Positions 28,079 to 38,013 of a DNA stretch of 64,000 nucleotides are shown piece by piece. Positions within the stretch are counted from its first letter, which is position 1; the number at the start of each line of letters is the position of its first letter. Origin of the DNA: Candidatus Peregrinibacteria bacterium GW2011_GWA2_33_10 (GTDB taxonomy: Bacteria > Patescibacteriota > Gracilibacteria > UBA1369 > GWC2-33-13); assembly GCA_000989565.1 (NCBI GenBank), contig LBOO01000003.1, positions 22,832-86,831 of the forward strand, in the 5' to 3' direction. The notes beneath the pieces are model-generated. The model worked only from the letters and a program-made list of their open reading frames with translations. It had not been told where the DNA came from and ran no database searches. The position numbers and the translations under genes were made by a program.

Positions 28079-30322
28079 ATGTTTGAATATAAAAAAGGAA
28101 AAATGCGTTTTGAAGAAAATTTACAAAATATGAAAATATATAATTGTCATAATATTTCAACGGAAGTTAAAATTAAAATTAAAGAAAAAGTTTTCGCGCA
28201 AATTTCCGAAACGCAAAATTCTTTTGAAAATGATTTTAATGAAAGCGGAAGTTATATCAATGTTTTTAATTTGTTTTCAAACGCAAAATTGGAAAAATTA
28301 ATTTACGCGCGTAAAAAGTCCATCATAAAATATCGAGTTTTGGAAAAAATTGAGAATTCAGGGTATTTTGTAAATATTTTTGATTTTTTGTTCAAAAAAA
28401 GAACTTGGGTAAAAATGTCAATAGCGGCTATACTTTTGAGCATGATTTCTCCTTTTTCCATAGATGATTTCACAATTTATGCGGCAAAACAAAATTTTTT
28501 AAAAATAGAAACCGGAGTAGTCAAATTATATAGAAATAATCAGGAAGTTAATATTAATGATAATTTATTTGTAATAGAAGAAGGCGATAAAATAATTACC
28601 GGTGAGGATGGACGGGCAGAGCTTAGATTCGCCATAAATGGAATTGGCAGGCTGGATAGTTCAACTTCCGTGCAAGTCAATCAATTGTCTGATTTTAATC
28701 AGGAGAACGATATGGGAAAAGTGGTTAATATTGCCATTGAAAAGGGCAGGATATGGGGAAAAACAATGAATACCCCCAAAACTTCGGCAAAACTTATTGT
28801 AACTCCTCAAGACAGTTTATATATAAGCGCTAAAGATAAGTCTACTTTTGATATAAATGTTAAACAGAATGAAATAGAAATCAAAGCATTGGAAAATATT
28901 GTGGATGTGCATATCTCGCCTTCAGAGGAAAAATTTTTAAAGAAAACCGTTTTGGAAGGGTATAAAGTTGAATTAAAAAATACTGAAGATAATGACGAAA
29001 GTAATATTAACAAGAGTTCTATGATCGGATCTGATCATTCCAAAGTTGTTAAGGTGACAATTATGGAGATAGTTGACGATGATCCATGGGTTAGTATGAA
29101 TAGAGAAAAAGATAAATTATTAGCTCTGGAAATGAGAGAAAATTTGGGGATGGAGATAAAAAATAAAGTCGGAATTTTACCTGATGAAGCTTTGTATTCA
29201 GTGAAAAAGCTGGGAGATCAGGCAAAACTTTCTTTGACTTTTGACGAAAAGGCAAAAGAAATTTATGAGATTGAGATTATTTTGAGAGAGATCAATGAGC
29301 TTTTTGCTATAAGTTTTGATAGTGAAAAAGACATTAGTGAGCCTTTAAATTTGAATATTAAAAAATTAGAAGAAAAGATGGAAAAGATTAAAGAGGAAAA
29401 AATTTATAAGGAATTTATCGCGAGCACAAAAATAGAAATTGCTGCTATAAAAAGTACTTTAGCGGATATTTTGCCAAGTCAGAAATATTATCAGGTGAAA
29501 TATGATTTGGATAAAATCGCTTTTGATCTTGAGATTGATCCTTTAGAAAAAATCAAATTAGAATTGGATTCATCACTTGAAGAATTGATGGTAATCAAAA
29601 ATTTATCGACAGAGTTGTCGGATTCTCAGATTGAGGGTTTAATCACTTCTTATGAAAATAATTTATTACAGATTTCAAAAGACACGGAAAGTTTAAACAA
29701 GGATGATAGGGAAAGCATATCAAAATTATTTTTGGAATATCAACTTTCCAATTTGGAAACTTTAAAAATTATAGAAAATAAAGTAAAAAATGTTGATACA
29801 GCAAAAAAGATACATTTAGTAAGCGAGGATATAATTGAAAAATTCATTAAAAATGTCGATGAAATAAGTGATACAAACAAAGAAAGCAAAGAGGATGCGG
29901 TAAAAGAGGAAAACATTATGAGAGAGAAAAGCAATAATGAAAAAAATGTTGTTCCTGAAAAGGGAATTGATCCAATTGAAAATCCTTTTGATAATGGAAG
30001 TAACAATTTGGAAAAAATAATTCCTGAAGCAGACAATCAAAACTTTGATGAATTTAAAGTGGAGATTGTAAAAGCCGATGATTCCCAAAAACTCAGTAAT
30101 TCAACTGAAAAGAAACAGAATGAGAGAAAAGCGGATAAAGTTAAAAAATTAATGGATAAGAAAGAAGATTTGCCTTTGGAAGTTATTGAAAAAGTTGAAG
30201 AGGTTGAATCTTTGTATAGAGAGGAAAAAGTTGTTGAAGTTCACATTGATAAACAAAATCTGATTAAACTGGATAATCGAAAGAAAATTCCTGATTTGAT
30301 CAAGTTAACGCCTGCGACTTAA
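28079..30322 (+). CDS. Putative anti-sigma factor: TM, FecR-like domain, DUF5667-like helical region
   Basis: Follows the ECF sigma; EGDKIITGEDGRAELRF...GRIW (FecR-like); GILPDEALYSVKKLGD (DUF5667-like). Confidence 0.65.
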   Translation: MFEYKKGKMRFEENLQNMKIYNCHNISTEVKIKIKEKVFAQISETQNSFENDFNESGSYINVFNLFSNAKLEKLIYARKKSIIKYRVLEKIENSGYFVNIFDFLFKKRTWVKMSIAAILLSMISPFSIDDFTIYAAKQNFLKIETGVVKLYRNNQEVNINDNLFVIEEGDKIITGEDGRAELRFAINGIGRLDSSTSVQVNQLSDFNQENDMGKVVNIAIEKGRIWGKTMNTPKTSAKLIVTPQDSLYISAKDKSTFDINVKQNEIEIKALENIVDVHISPSEEKFLKKTVLEGYKVELKNTEDNDESNINKSSMIGSDHSKVVKVTIMEIVDDDPWVSMNREKDKLLALEMRENLGMEIKNKVGILPDEALYSVKKLGDQAKLSLTFDEKAKEIYEIEIILREINELFAISFDSEKDISEPLNLNIKKLEEKMEKIKEEKIYKEFIASTKIEIAAIKSTLADILPSQKYYQVKYDLDKIAFDLEIDPLEKIKLELDSSLEELMVIKNLSTELSDSQIEGLITSYENNLLQISKDTESLNKDDRESISKLFLEYQLSNLETLKIIENKVKNVDTAKKIHLVSEDIIEKFIKNVDEISDTNKESKEDAVKEENIMREKSNNEKNVVPEKGIDPIENPFDNGSNNLEKIIPEADNQNFDEFKVEIVKADDSQKLSNSTEKKQNERKADKVKKLMDKKEDLPLEVIEKVEEVESLYREEKVVEVHIDKQNLIKLDNRKKIPDLIKLTPAT

Positions 30323-31383
30323 ATCGAAACTAAGCCTAAGATTAAACCTATAATGGAAAATACGGTGCTGATGATCCAAAATCGCATGGTTATTTGTGAT
30401 TCCGGCCATCCTATTTTCTCAAAATGATGGTGCAGCGGGGCGATATGAAATACTTTGCGTTTAAAGAATTTTTTTGAAAATAGTTGGATGAGCACTGACA
30501 AGGTTTCTACAACAAAAACTATTCCCACTATTGGTAAAATCAAAACAGAATCTGTCATTAAGGCAATCACTCCCAATGTACCTCCCAAAGCTAAAGAACC
30601 CGTATCTCCCATGTAAAATTTTGCCGGATGAATATTATACCAGAGAAAAGCCAATAAAGCTCCAATAATTACAGCGCAAAGCGCGCTTAATATGAATAAT
30701 CCTTTGAAGTATGATAATACTGTAAATACAGCGAAGCAGTTGATTAAAATACCTCCCGCAAGTCCATCGAGTCCGTCAGTTATATTTACAGCGTTTGAAG
30801 TGGACAACAATACTAAAATAAATAAGGGGATATACCAGATTCCAATATGTAGATCTCCAAGAAACGGGATGTGTATTTGATTGTATTCCAATTTAAAGTA
30901 AAACCATAAGCTGCCTAAAATAGCAAAAATCATGAGCCAGATAAACTTGGGTTTGACATTAATTCCTTTTGTTTTGCCTATGCCTTTGATATTAAAATAG
31001 TCGTCGAACGCACCCAGTAAAGCCATTGTAATCAATGTAAAAATAGCCAGATATGTTTCTTTTCTATTTATCAATGAATGTTCAATTATTCCGGCATAAG
31101 AAAGAATTCTGGAGATGATGACCACCAATAGAACAGTCCCCCAAATCAATATTCCACCCATTGTGGGAGTACCTTTTTTTCTAAAATGTAATTCATTGAA
31201 AATTGTAGCTTTTAGTCCATCTACACTATCTTCACGGATATTTTTGCCGAGTTTATATTTTTTTAGAATTTCGATAAATGGGGGAGCGAAAATTATGGCT
31301 AGAATAAACGCATAAAGGAATGAGCCGAAAATGAGAATCAAGTGGCGGTAGGTTTCCATGTGAAGGGAGTAAATTGCAGCCAT
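30319..31383 (-). CDS. mraY: Phospho-N-acetylmuramoyl-pentapeptide transferase
   Basis: KKGTPTMGG, NAVNITDGLDGL, MGDTGS, APLHHHFE. Confidence 0.99.
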   Translation of the reverse strand: MAAIYSLHMETYRHLILIFGSFLYAFILAIIFAPPFIEILKKYKLGKNIREDSVDGLKATIFNELHFRKKGTPTMGGILIWGTVLLVVIISRILSYAGIIEHSLINRKETYLAIFTLITMALLGAFDDYFNIKGIGKTKGINVKPKFIWLMIFAILGSLWFYFKLEYNQIHIPFLGDLHIGIWYIPLFILVLLSTSNAVNITDGLDGLAGGILINCFAVFTVLSYFKGLFILSALCAVIIGALLAFLWYNIHPAKFYMGDTGSLALGGTLGVIALMTDSVLILPIVGIVFVVETLSVLIQLFSKKFFKRKVFHIAPLHHHFEKIGWPESQITMRFWIISTVFSIIGLILGLVSI

Positions 31384-32306
31384 TATGGCCAGATGTAATT
31401 ATCTATTATCCATTTACTTAGTGTTTTTGTTTCTGTAAAACGAGCAGGGCTATTCAATACTATACTGACAAATTCATGATTTTCTGTGTTTTGTATTAAT
31501 CCGATAAAGCACAAACCGGCATTTTCAGTATTTCCTGTTTTTAGACCTTTTACGATTATATCAGAATCTGTGAGCAGTTTATTGGTTGAAGATAATTCAT
31601 GTTTAATTTTTCCATTTTCAGAAATAACTTCAGTGTGAGAAATTTTAACAGTGTCTCTAATAAATTTCTTTTTTAAAGCATATTTTGATAATGTGACCAA
31701 ATCTTCAGCTGTTGAGTAATTCTCAGGATCGTCAAATCCCATGGGATTAGCGAAATGAGAATTTTTTAATCCTAAAATTTGCCCTTTTTGATTCATTTTT
31801 TGAACAAACAGATTGATTGAACCGGAATTGTGTATTGCTAAAGCGTGAGCAGCATCATTACCTGAAGGTATTAATGCTCCTCTCAACAGATTGGCGATTG
31901 TGATTTTTTCTCCGGTATAAAGCCATATTTTAACACCGCCTATTTGAGTGGATTCTTGTTTGATTGTCGCGATTTCGTTTAAATCGTTTTCTTCCAAAAT
32001 TATAATCGCGGTCATTAATTTTGTGATACTGGCTATTGGTTGTTTAGTGTCAATATTTTTTTGATATAAAATAACTCCGGAATTTAAATCATATACAAGC
32101 GCTGAGGATGCTTGGATTAGTGGAGCATCAGCAGCTTTTTTTTTCAAACCGGGCGGTAGGGTTATATCCAAAACCTTTTTTTTTAATTGTTCTTCAATTA
32201 CCATTTGTTTTCCTGTCAACAAGATGTTAGTTTCGGTATTTGCCGGTAAATTGTTTGATATGGCAGTTCCTGACAGTAATATTAATGATAATAGGGCTTT
32301 TAGCAT
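31383..32306 (-). CDS. dacA: D-alanyl-D-alanine carboxypeptidase (S11)
   Basis: ASITKLMT (SxxK), SGND (SxN), KTG. Confidence 0.93.
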   Translation of the reverse strand: MLKALLSLILLSGTAISNNLPANTETNILLTGKQMVIEEQLKKKVLDITLPPGLKKKAADAPLIQASSALVYDLNSGVILYQKNIDTKQPIASITKLMTAIIILEENDLNEIATIKQESTQIGGVKIWLYTGEKITIANLLRGALIPSGNDAAHALAIHNSGSINLFVQKMNQKGQILGLKNSHFANPMGFDDPENYSTAEDLVTLSKYALKKKFIRDTVKISHTEVISENGKIKHELSSTNKLLTDSDIIVKGLKTGNTENAGLCFIGLIQNTENHEFVSIVLNSPARFTETKTLSKWIIDNYIWP

Positions 32307-32315
32307 AATGGTTTT

Positions 32316-33002
32316 TTATAATACTTCGTTTGGATTTATAATTTTGTAACTTCCTTTTTTTAAATTTTCTAATTTGATTTTTCCGATTCTAATGCGTTTT
32401 AATGAAACTACAGGAAGAGAAAAGTGTTTAAAAATTTTTCGTATTTGTCTTTTTTGTCCTTCTTTAATGATCATTGAGACTTTAGCTGTATTTTTATTTT
32501 GATTTAGAATTTTTATTTTCGCCGGTTTGGTGATTATATCTAAGAATGTACCTCCTTCAGCGATTTTTTTTAAGATTAAGTCATTTATTTCTCCCCTGAT
32601 TTCAATAATATACTCTTTTTCTTTTCGGTTTCCGGGGTGGGATATTTTTTGTGCGAATTCGCCATCGTTTGTGAGTAAAATCAGTCCTTCGCTATCTTTA
32701 TCCAGTCTGCCGATTGAAAATAGTCTGGTTTTAAAAGGCAAGTAGTCATTAATTATTTTTCTGTCATGAGTATCTTTGTTTGTAGATAAAACTCCTTTAG
32801 GTTTATTAAACGCAATATATATTTTTTCTTCAGGAATCAGAGTTTTTCCGTCTATTTCAACGATATTTATTAATGGATCAACTTTCGCGCCCAAATCCGT
32901 AATAAGTTTATGATCAATTTTTATTCTGCCTTCCAAAATCAATTCATCGGCTTTTCTGCGCGAGCAAATGCCGCAGGACGCTATATATTTATTTAATCGC
33001 AT
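32316..33002 (-). CDS. rRNA pseudouridine synthase, RsuA/RluB family
   Basis: S4 domain RLNKYIASCGICSRR, GRLDKDSEGL, EGQKRQIR. Confidence 0.95.
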   Translation of the reverse strand: MRLNKYIASCGICSRRKADELILEGRIKIDHKLITDLGAKVDPLINIVEIDGKTLIPEEKIYIAFNKPKGVLSTNKDTHDRKIINDYLPFKTRLFSIGRLDKDSEGLILLTNDGEFAQKISHPGNRKEKEYIIEIRGEINDLILKKIAEGGTFLDIITKPAKIKILNQNKNTAKVSMIIKEGQKRQIRKIFKHFSLPVVSLKRIRIGKIKLENLKKGSYKIINPNEVL

Positions 33003-34387
33003 TAATAAAATGATGATGGATTTGATTTGTAATAGCTTGCGAAGTCTTGGCCCAAAACTATGATTATATCTCCTCCGTTAATTGGTATGTCAACAGGTAT
33101 TTCTTTTTTTATTTCTCCGGGAATGAATTCCAGTAATGGAACCAGTGATTTTTCTTTAATTGTTTCATTGTTTAAATAAATTGTTGTCCTCTGTATGTTT
33201 TTGACCGGTGCATTGCCGAATTTGATTATGTCAAATCCGTTTCGAGCGAGCATCATTTTTGTATAATAAGCCATGCTGCTTTGGCGCGTGCCATTAAGAA
33301 TTTCAATAGTAACATTTTTTTGGAATAAAGCAGTATTATAATGATAATAATTATTAAATTTTTTAATTTCTTGATAATTGCTTAACGTTTTATAACTGCC
33401 ACCATTCGGGATTAATACAAACGCGTTTCCAAAATATGCGCGGTCAGGAACATATAAAAATCCTCCCAATTCCAAAGGGTTGTTATGAATTGTTTGGGTA
33501 AGTATGTTTTCTTTTGGTATGTCTTTGGCAATACCGGCTAATATTGCTATTTCATCCCACGATAAATTTGTAGAAACATTATTGGAAAAAGATTGGTATA
33601 AACTTTTTAGTTTGCTCGGGCTTGTTCCACTTCCCAATTTCATTGCTTTTTCTTTAACTAGAGTCATTACTTGTTGTTGTCTTCGGCTGCGATCAAAATC
33701 ACTGGTTGAATGTCTTGACCTTACATATTTAAGCGCTGTTTTGCCGTTCAGGTGCTGATTGCCCGCATCAAGATGAAATGTTTCATAATCAAAGGTTCCT
33801 TGTTTAGGATAAGCTTTGTCTGTAAACGGTTTGTCCAGATAAATATCGATTCCTCCCAATGTGTCTATTGCTTCAATAAATCCTTTAAAATCAATATTTA
33901 TATAATAGTGGATCGGTAAACCGGTTATATTTTCAGTGACTTTTTTTAATTCTTGCATGGCCAAGTTTTTATCTTCATATTTTTGCAGGGCGAATTCGTA
34001 AATATTGTTAATTTTTGTTTTTCCAATTTGCGAATTGACAAATAGGTCTCGAGGGAGGGAAAGCATTGTTACCATTTTATCTTTATGATTTAGAGAAGCA
34101 ACGATGATAGTATCAGTTAAATTTTCACCGCTATGGCCTTCGCCGCCTATTCCCGTGAGTAAAAAATTAGTGTGTTTTTTGTCATCAACATTTACATTGA
34201 AAGTAGGCAAAATTTCTTTGAAATTCAATTTGCCTATGACAATTTTAATACCTTTAGTAAAAAGCAGACCTACAATAATTATTGAAAGGCTGATTATTAA
34301 AATGCCGGTCAGATGTTTGTGAATAAATCCGGTTTGTTTTTTATGTAATTTTTGACTAAGTTTTTTATTTATAAATTTTTTTTCCAT
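33002..34387 (-). CDS. LCP (LytR-CpsA-Psr) family protein with LytR_C domain
   Basis: TDTIIV, SLPRDL, YVRSRH, DFDRSRRQQ, IEILNGT. Confidence 0.93.
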   Translation of the reverse strand: MEKKFINKKLSQKLHKKQTGFIHKHLTGILIISLSIIIVGLLFTKGIKIVIGKLNFKEILPTFNVNVDDKKHTNFLLTGIGGEGHSGENLTDTIIVASLNHKDKMVTMLSLPRDLFVNSQIGKTKINNIYEFALQKYEDKNLAMQELKKVTENITGLPIHYYINIDFKGFIEAIDTLGGIDIYLDKPFTDKAYPKQGTFDYETFHLDAGNQHLNGKTALKYVRSRHSTSDFDRSRRQQQVMTLVKEKAMKLGSGTSPSKLKSLYQSFSNNVSTNLSWDEIAILAGIAKDIPKENILTQTIHNNPLELGGFLYVPDRAYFGNAFVLIPNGGSYKTLSNYQEIKKFNNYYHYNTALFQKNVTIEILNGTRQSSMAYYTKMMLARNGFDIIKFGNAPVKNIQRTTIYLNNETIKEKSLVPLLEFIPGEIKKEIPVDIPINGGDIIIVLGQDFASYYKSNPSSFY

Positions 34388-34522
34388 AAATATTTAAATA
34401 TACAAATTTTTAAATCAACGTTAATCAATTTACCAAAATTTTTAATGAAATTTAATAAATTTTTTATAATTTTTTAATTTTTTTTTGGTAAAAATGAGTC
34501 GTTAATATACTTTTTTTATAAA

Positions 34523-35842
34523 ATGACGCGATTAAATCCAATTACATTTTTATTTTTATCCTTTATTGCAGGCATTTTTATTCATTTTGGAATTGCTTGC
34601 GCATTTTTTTTGCTACTACTAATATTTCTTATTTTTTCATTAAATGAAAGCAGAAATTATATTTTAGCTTTGTTTTTAATCGGTTTTTTTGTTTTTGGCG
34701 TGTTTCGGCTTAATCTTTGGGAAAATAAGGAAAAGAGGTTGTGGTACTATCAATTAAATCATGAAAAGCTTTTAATTCAGGGGCAAATAAAAAAGAAGTT
34801 TTCTTCTTTGGATAATCAGAGTAAGTATATTTTTCAAGTTGAGTTGATCGAAAATGAAGAGATTGAAGAGAATATTTTATTATATATGAAGAGGTATCCT
34901 GAATTGGAAACAGGAGATCGTTTGAAGATGACCGGGCAATTGAGAGAGCCCGCCAGTCGATATCAAAATTATTTGAAAATTTATGATGTTCGTTTTGTGG
35001 TTTTTGATGCGGAAATTTTATATGTTGAGAAATGCGGGAATGGTTTTAAATATGCACTTAGTAAAGTCAGATTAAAAATTTTGGATATTATAAAAGTTAT
35101 TTTTCCGGAACCATATTCCGGTTTTATGAATGGAATTTTTTTGGGAGAAAAAAATGATTTGCCTGAAGAGTTAAATCAAAAAATGCGTTTGGCAGGATTG
35201 AGCCATATTTTGGTTGTTTCAGGCTATAATATTACTTTAATCGCGATATGTTCGAATTATTTATTCAGCTTTTTAGGGAGAAAAATCAGGATTGTTTTAA
35301 CCGGAATAATGATTCTTTTTTTTATGTTTTTAGCCGGTTTTGATTCGTCAATATTAAGAGCGGGCATAATGGGGGTTTTGTCTCTTTTTGCTTTGTGGTG
35401 CGGGAGAATTTATGAAGTTTTTACAGGTATTTTTTTTGCCGCTTTTTTAATGTGTTTGTTAAATCCAATGCTTATTTTTTACGATGATGGTTTCAAATTA
35501 TCATTTTTGGCCACTATGGGAATTGCTTTAGGAGCAGAGCATTTTAAAATTTTAGGAAATAATTTAAAATTGAATTCAGTGATAAATGATTTGTTGTCTG
35601 TTACTTTTAGCGCTCAATTAGCTGTTTTGCCGATATTAGTATTTAAATATCATCAATTTACTTTTTTTAGTTTTATTTCAAATTTACTGGTGGTGCCGCT
35701 TATTCCTTGGACAATGTTATTGGGAGCCATTAGTTTTGGATTTTATTTTCTATATTTTGATTTGTCTCTGGTTTTTGGTTATTTGGCTTGGGGATTGATT
35801 GAGTTGATATTTCGGATTGCTGATTTGTTTTATAATTTATGA
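34523..35842 (+). CDS. comEC: ComEC/Rec2 DNA-uptake channel (OB and competence domains, no beta-lactamase-like domain)
   Basis: GLSHILVVSGYN, SILRAGIM, GFKLSFLAT, SNLLVVP. Confidence 0.92.
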   Translation: MTRLNPITFLFLSFIAGIFIHFGIACAFFLLLLIFLIFSLNESRNYILALFLIGFFVFGVFRLNLWENKEKRLWYYQLNHEKLLIQGQIKKKFSSLDNQSKYIFQVELIENEEIEENILLYMKRYPELETGDRLKMTGQLREPASRYQNYLKIYDVRFVVFDAEILYVEKCGNGFKYALSKVRLKILDIIKVIFPEPYSGFMNGIFLGEKNDLPEELNQKMRLAGLSHILVVSGYNITLIAICSNYLFSFLGRKIRIVLTGIMILFFMFLAGFDSSILRAGIMGVLSLFALWCGRIYEVFTGIFFAAFLMCLLNPMLIFYDDGFKLSFLATMGIALGAEHFKILGNNLKLNSVINDLLSVTFSAQLAVLPILVFKYHQFTFFSFISNLLVVPLIPWTMLLGAISFGFYFLYFDLSLVFGYLAWGLIELIFRIADLFYNL

Positions 35843-36677
35843 CATTGGTTTGAGTGAATTTTTTTAGTTGAATTTTTGAATATATTTTTTTTGCTGTAAA
35901 TATGGTAATAAGTATAGCAATGAAGATTAAAATCGGATATTTGTATTGTGTCCATAAATCAATAACTTTGGATTTTTTTTCCGGAAGCGGGGCGGGTTTG
36001 ATATTTTCGGGTGCTTTTAATTTTTTATCGGATTGGATTTTATTTGTTTTTACAGGTGTTCGTACTTTTGGTTTTGTGATGGATTTTTGTTCATCGGCAA
36101 ATAGAATTTGAGGTTCAGATTGCGTGGTTTTCAGTATTGACGTGAAATCGTTTTCATAATTTTTACAATCATTTTGGGCGCAGCTTAATTTGTATGATAA
36201 TAAAAAATCTTTATTATATTCAATAGCGTTAAATATTAAAATATTATTTTCAAAATGCGAAAAAAAACCGTTTATTTCAATAGATGATTGAGGTTCAAAA
36301 TTTTTATCTTCTTTGATTTGAAAATCAGGGAAATAAGTTTTTATTTCTTCAATGTATTTTTTTGTATAATTTTTTTTGAATGATGTAAAGTTCGGATAAT
36401 AGTTCGGTTCAACCGAGATGCTGAAATTATTGCGGAATGTTGAGCTTGAGTTCGGTAAAATAAATTGGCTTAGTATTTGTGTTGAATTAATTTGATTTAA
36501 TTTTAAATTTTTATTTTCGTTTAATAACTTCCATGAAGAGGGGATTGAAATTTCCAGTTTAAATTCAGGATATATTAATTTTTGACCATTGGCGCTCAGT
36601 AAATTCGGAATATTTAAAAGAAACATTAGAGCAAAAATAAGATATAAACGACATTTCATATTACATTTTATAAACAA
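35730..36677 (-). CDS. Hypothetical exported protein with a C-terminal membrane anchor
   Basis: Signal-like N-terminus, ISIPSSW, P/K-rich linker, TM near the C-terminus. Confidence 0.6.
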   Translation of the reverse strand: MFIKCNMKCRLYLIFALMFLLNIPNLLSANGQKLIYPEFKLEISIPSSWKLLNENKNLKLNQINSTQILSQFILPNSSSTFRNNFSISVEPNYYPNFTSFKKNYTKKYIEEIKTYFPDFQIKEDKNFEPQSSIEINGFFSHFENNILIFNAIEYNKDFLLSYKLSCAQNDCKNYENDFTSILKTTQSEPQILFADEQKSITKPKVRTPVKTNKIQSDKKLKAPENIKPAPLPEKKSKVIDLWTQYKYPILIFIAILITIFTAKKIYSKIQLKKFTQTNVINYKTNQQSEISTQSIPKPNNQKPETNQNIENKIQN

Positions 36678-37185
36678 AAATTGGCGCGAGTCTTAATTTT
36701 TTATTTCTGGGAATGATTTTATGTGGCTTCCATGCTTTTATTTGGAACGCATAAGTAACAACGCGACTGCCTTTTTTCAATTCACTTTGTAATTTTTTCG
36801 CTACTTTTTGATTCGTTTCAGGCATTAGATAGAGTAAAACCACATCAGCATTTTTATAATTTTGATTCATGAAATTGGCAAAAATTATTTTTACTTTAGA
36901 TTGTGTTAAAATTTTCCTGATTTTGGCCATAAAATAGATGATCGGGGAAAGTTCGATGCCATATCCGTCAGCCTGATATTTTTTGACGGCCAATTCAACC
37001 AATCTGCCATCACCGCAACCAAGATCATAAACTTTTTCATTTTTTTTTATGTTTGCAGCTTTAAGCATTCTTTCAATTCCTTTTCGTGGTGTCGGGACCC
37101 ATGGAGCGCCACCAATCAATGCTCTTAAGGTGGGGATTAAGAGTATTACATAAATTATAATGGCAATTTTTGAATTAAAAATCAT
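36661..37185 (-). CDS. Membrane-anchored class I SAM-dependent methyltransferase
   Basis: APWVPT, YDLGCGDGR, GIELSP, ADVVLLYL. Confidence 0.88.
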   Translation of the reverse strand: MIFNSKIAIIIYVILLIPTLRALIGGAPWVPTPRKGIERMLKAANIKKNEKVYDLGCGDGRLVELAVKKYQADGYGIELSPIIYFMAKIRKILTQSKVKIIFANFMNQNYKNADVVLLYLMPETNQKVAKKLQSELKKGSRVVTYAFQIKAWKPHKIIPRNKKLRLAPIFVYKM

Positions 37186-37187
37186 GT

Positions 37188-37605
37188 TTAAATTTTGTAT
37201 ATATAAATTATTGGGATCTTATTTTTTTTATCACGTTTAATAATTTTTAAAGGTTTTAATCCTTCAATATGAAATGTGTGTGAAACAATTATGGTTCCTT
37301 TGTGGCATTCTTTTTTTACCTTTTTAACCAGTTTTCATTGCTAAAAAATATGCGATTGGAGATAGTTCGTATCCTATGCATTTTGTATGATATTTTTTTT
37401 CGGCTGCGAATAAAAGCCGCCCATCACCGCAGCCAAGATCATAAATTGTTTGTCCTTTATGCGGTTTCGCGGTTTTTAATAAGGTTTCAATTAATCTTTT
37501 TTTGGTCGGGACATAAGGTACGCGATAAAATAAGCATACACATGCGGAAAGTACTAATATGAAAGTAAAAATTAAAGCTAAAATGGCAAATAAATTTAAA
37601 AGCAT
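37188..37605 (-). pseudogene. Paralogous methyltransferase with an internal deletion and frameshift
   Basis: ATG at 37605 reads ...YDLGCGDGR...GYELSPIAYFLAMKTG*; the C-terminal part KLVKKVKKECHKGTIIVSHTFHIEG...IYIYKI* continues in another frame to 37188; about 37 codons present in the neighbour are missing. Confidence 0.8.
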
Positions 37606-37678
37606 TTTTTTGTTATTAAATCCATTTATTTTACAGGAAAAAAGAGGAAAAGTATAGTGATCAGGCGTCATATTCTTC

Positions 37679-37707
37679 TTGCCTCTAAATGACTTTTTTT
37701 CTATACT
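37679..37707 (+). promoter_or_regulatory. sigma70 promoter for tRNA-Glu(CTC)
   Basis: TTGCCT, N17, TATACT. Confidence 0.7.
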
Positions 37708-37737
37708 GACCCAGAAAAAAGGAAAAAGGTTTTTTAA

Positions 37738-37812
37738 GGCGCCATCGTCTAGCGGTTAGGACATTGCCCTCTCACGGCGAAAACAGGGGTTCGATTCCCC
37801 TTGGCGCTACCA
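37738..37812 (+). tRNA. tRNA-Glu (anticodon CTC)
   Basis: GGCGCCA...TGGCGCT-A-CCA cloverleaf; anticodon arm TTGCC-CTCTCAC-GGCGA; GGTTCGATTCC T arm. Confidence 0.96.
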
Positions 37813-37864
37813 TTGATTTATTAAAAATAATGCGCGTTTAGGTTAATTTTTTTTAAATTTCTTC

Positions 37865-37893
37865 TTGCTTTACTTATAGTTTTTTTTTATACT
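37865..37893 (+). promoter_or_regulatory. sigma70 promoter for tRNA-Glu(TTC)
   Basis: TTGCTT, N17, TATACT. Confidence 0.7.
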
Positions 37894-37923
37894 TACCCCG
37901 TTAGAAATTTATCGGTTTTTTAA

Positions 37924-37998
37924 GGCGCCATCGTCTAGTGGTTAGGACATCAGGTTTTCATCCTGGTAACAGGGGTTCGATTCCCCTTGGCGCTACCA
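37924..37998 (+). tRNA. tRNA-Glu (anticodon TTC)
   Basis: Same body as the first tRNA; anticodon arm TCAGG-TTTTCAT-CCTGG; encoded CCA. Confidence 0.96.
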
Positions 37999-38013
37999 TG
38001 TTTTTATAAGATT

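Noticed and set aside
37324..37345. Programmed frameshift in the methyltransferase
   Set aside because: A frameshift alone would not restore the roughly 37 missing codons, so a deletion explains it better.
37738..37998. tRNA duplication as attL/attR of an integrated element
   Set aside because: Both tRNAs are complete, have their own promoters and are only 111 nt apart; there is no integrase or cargo.
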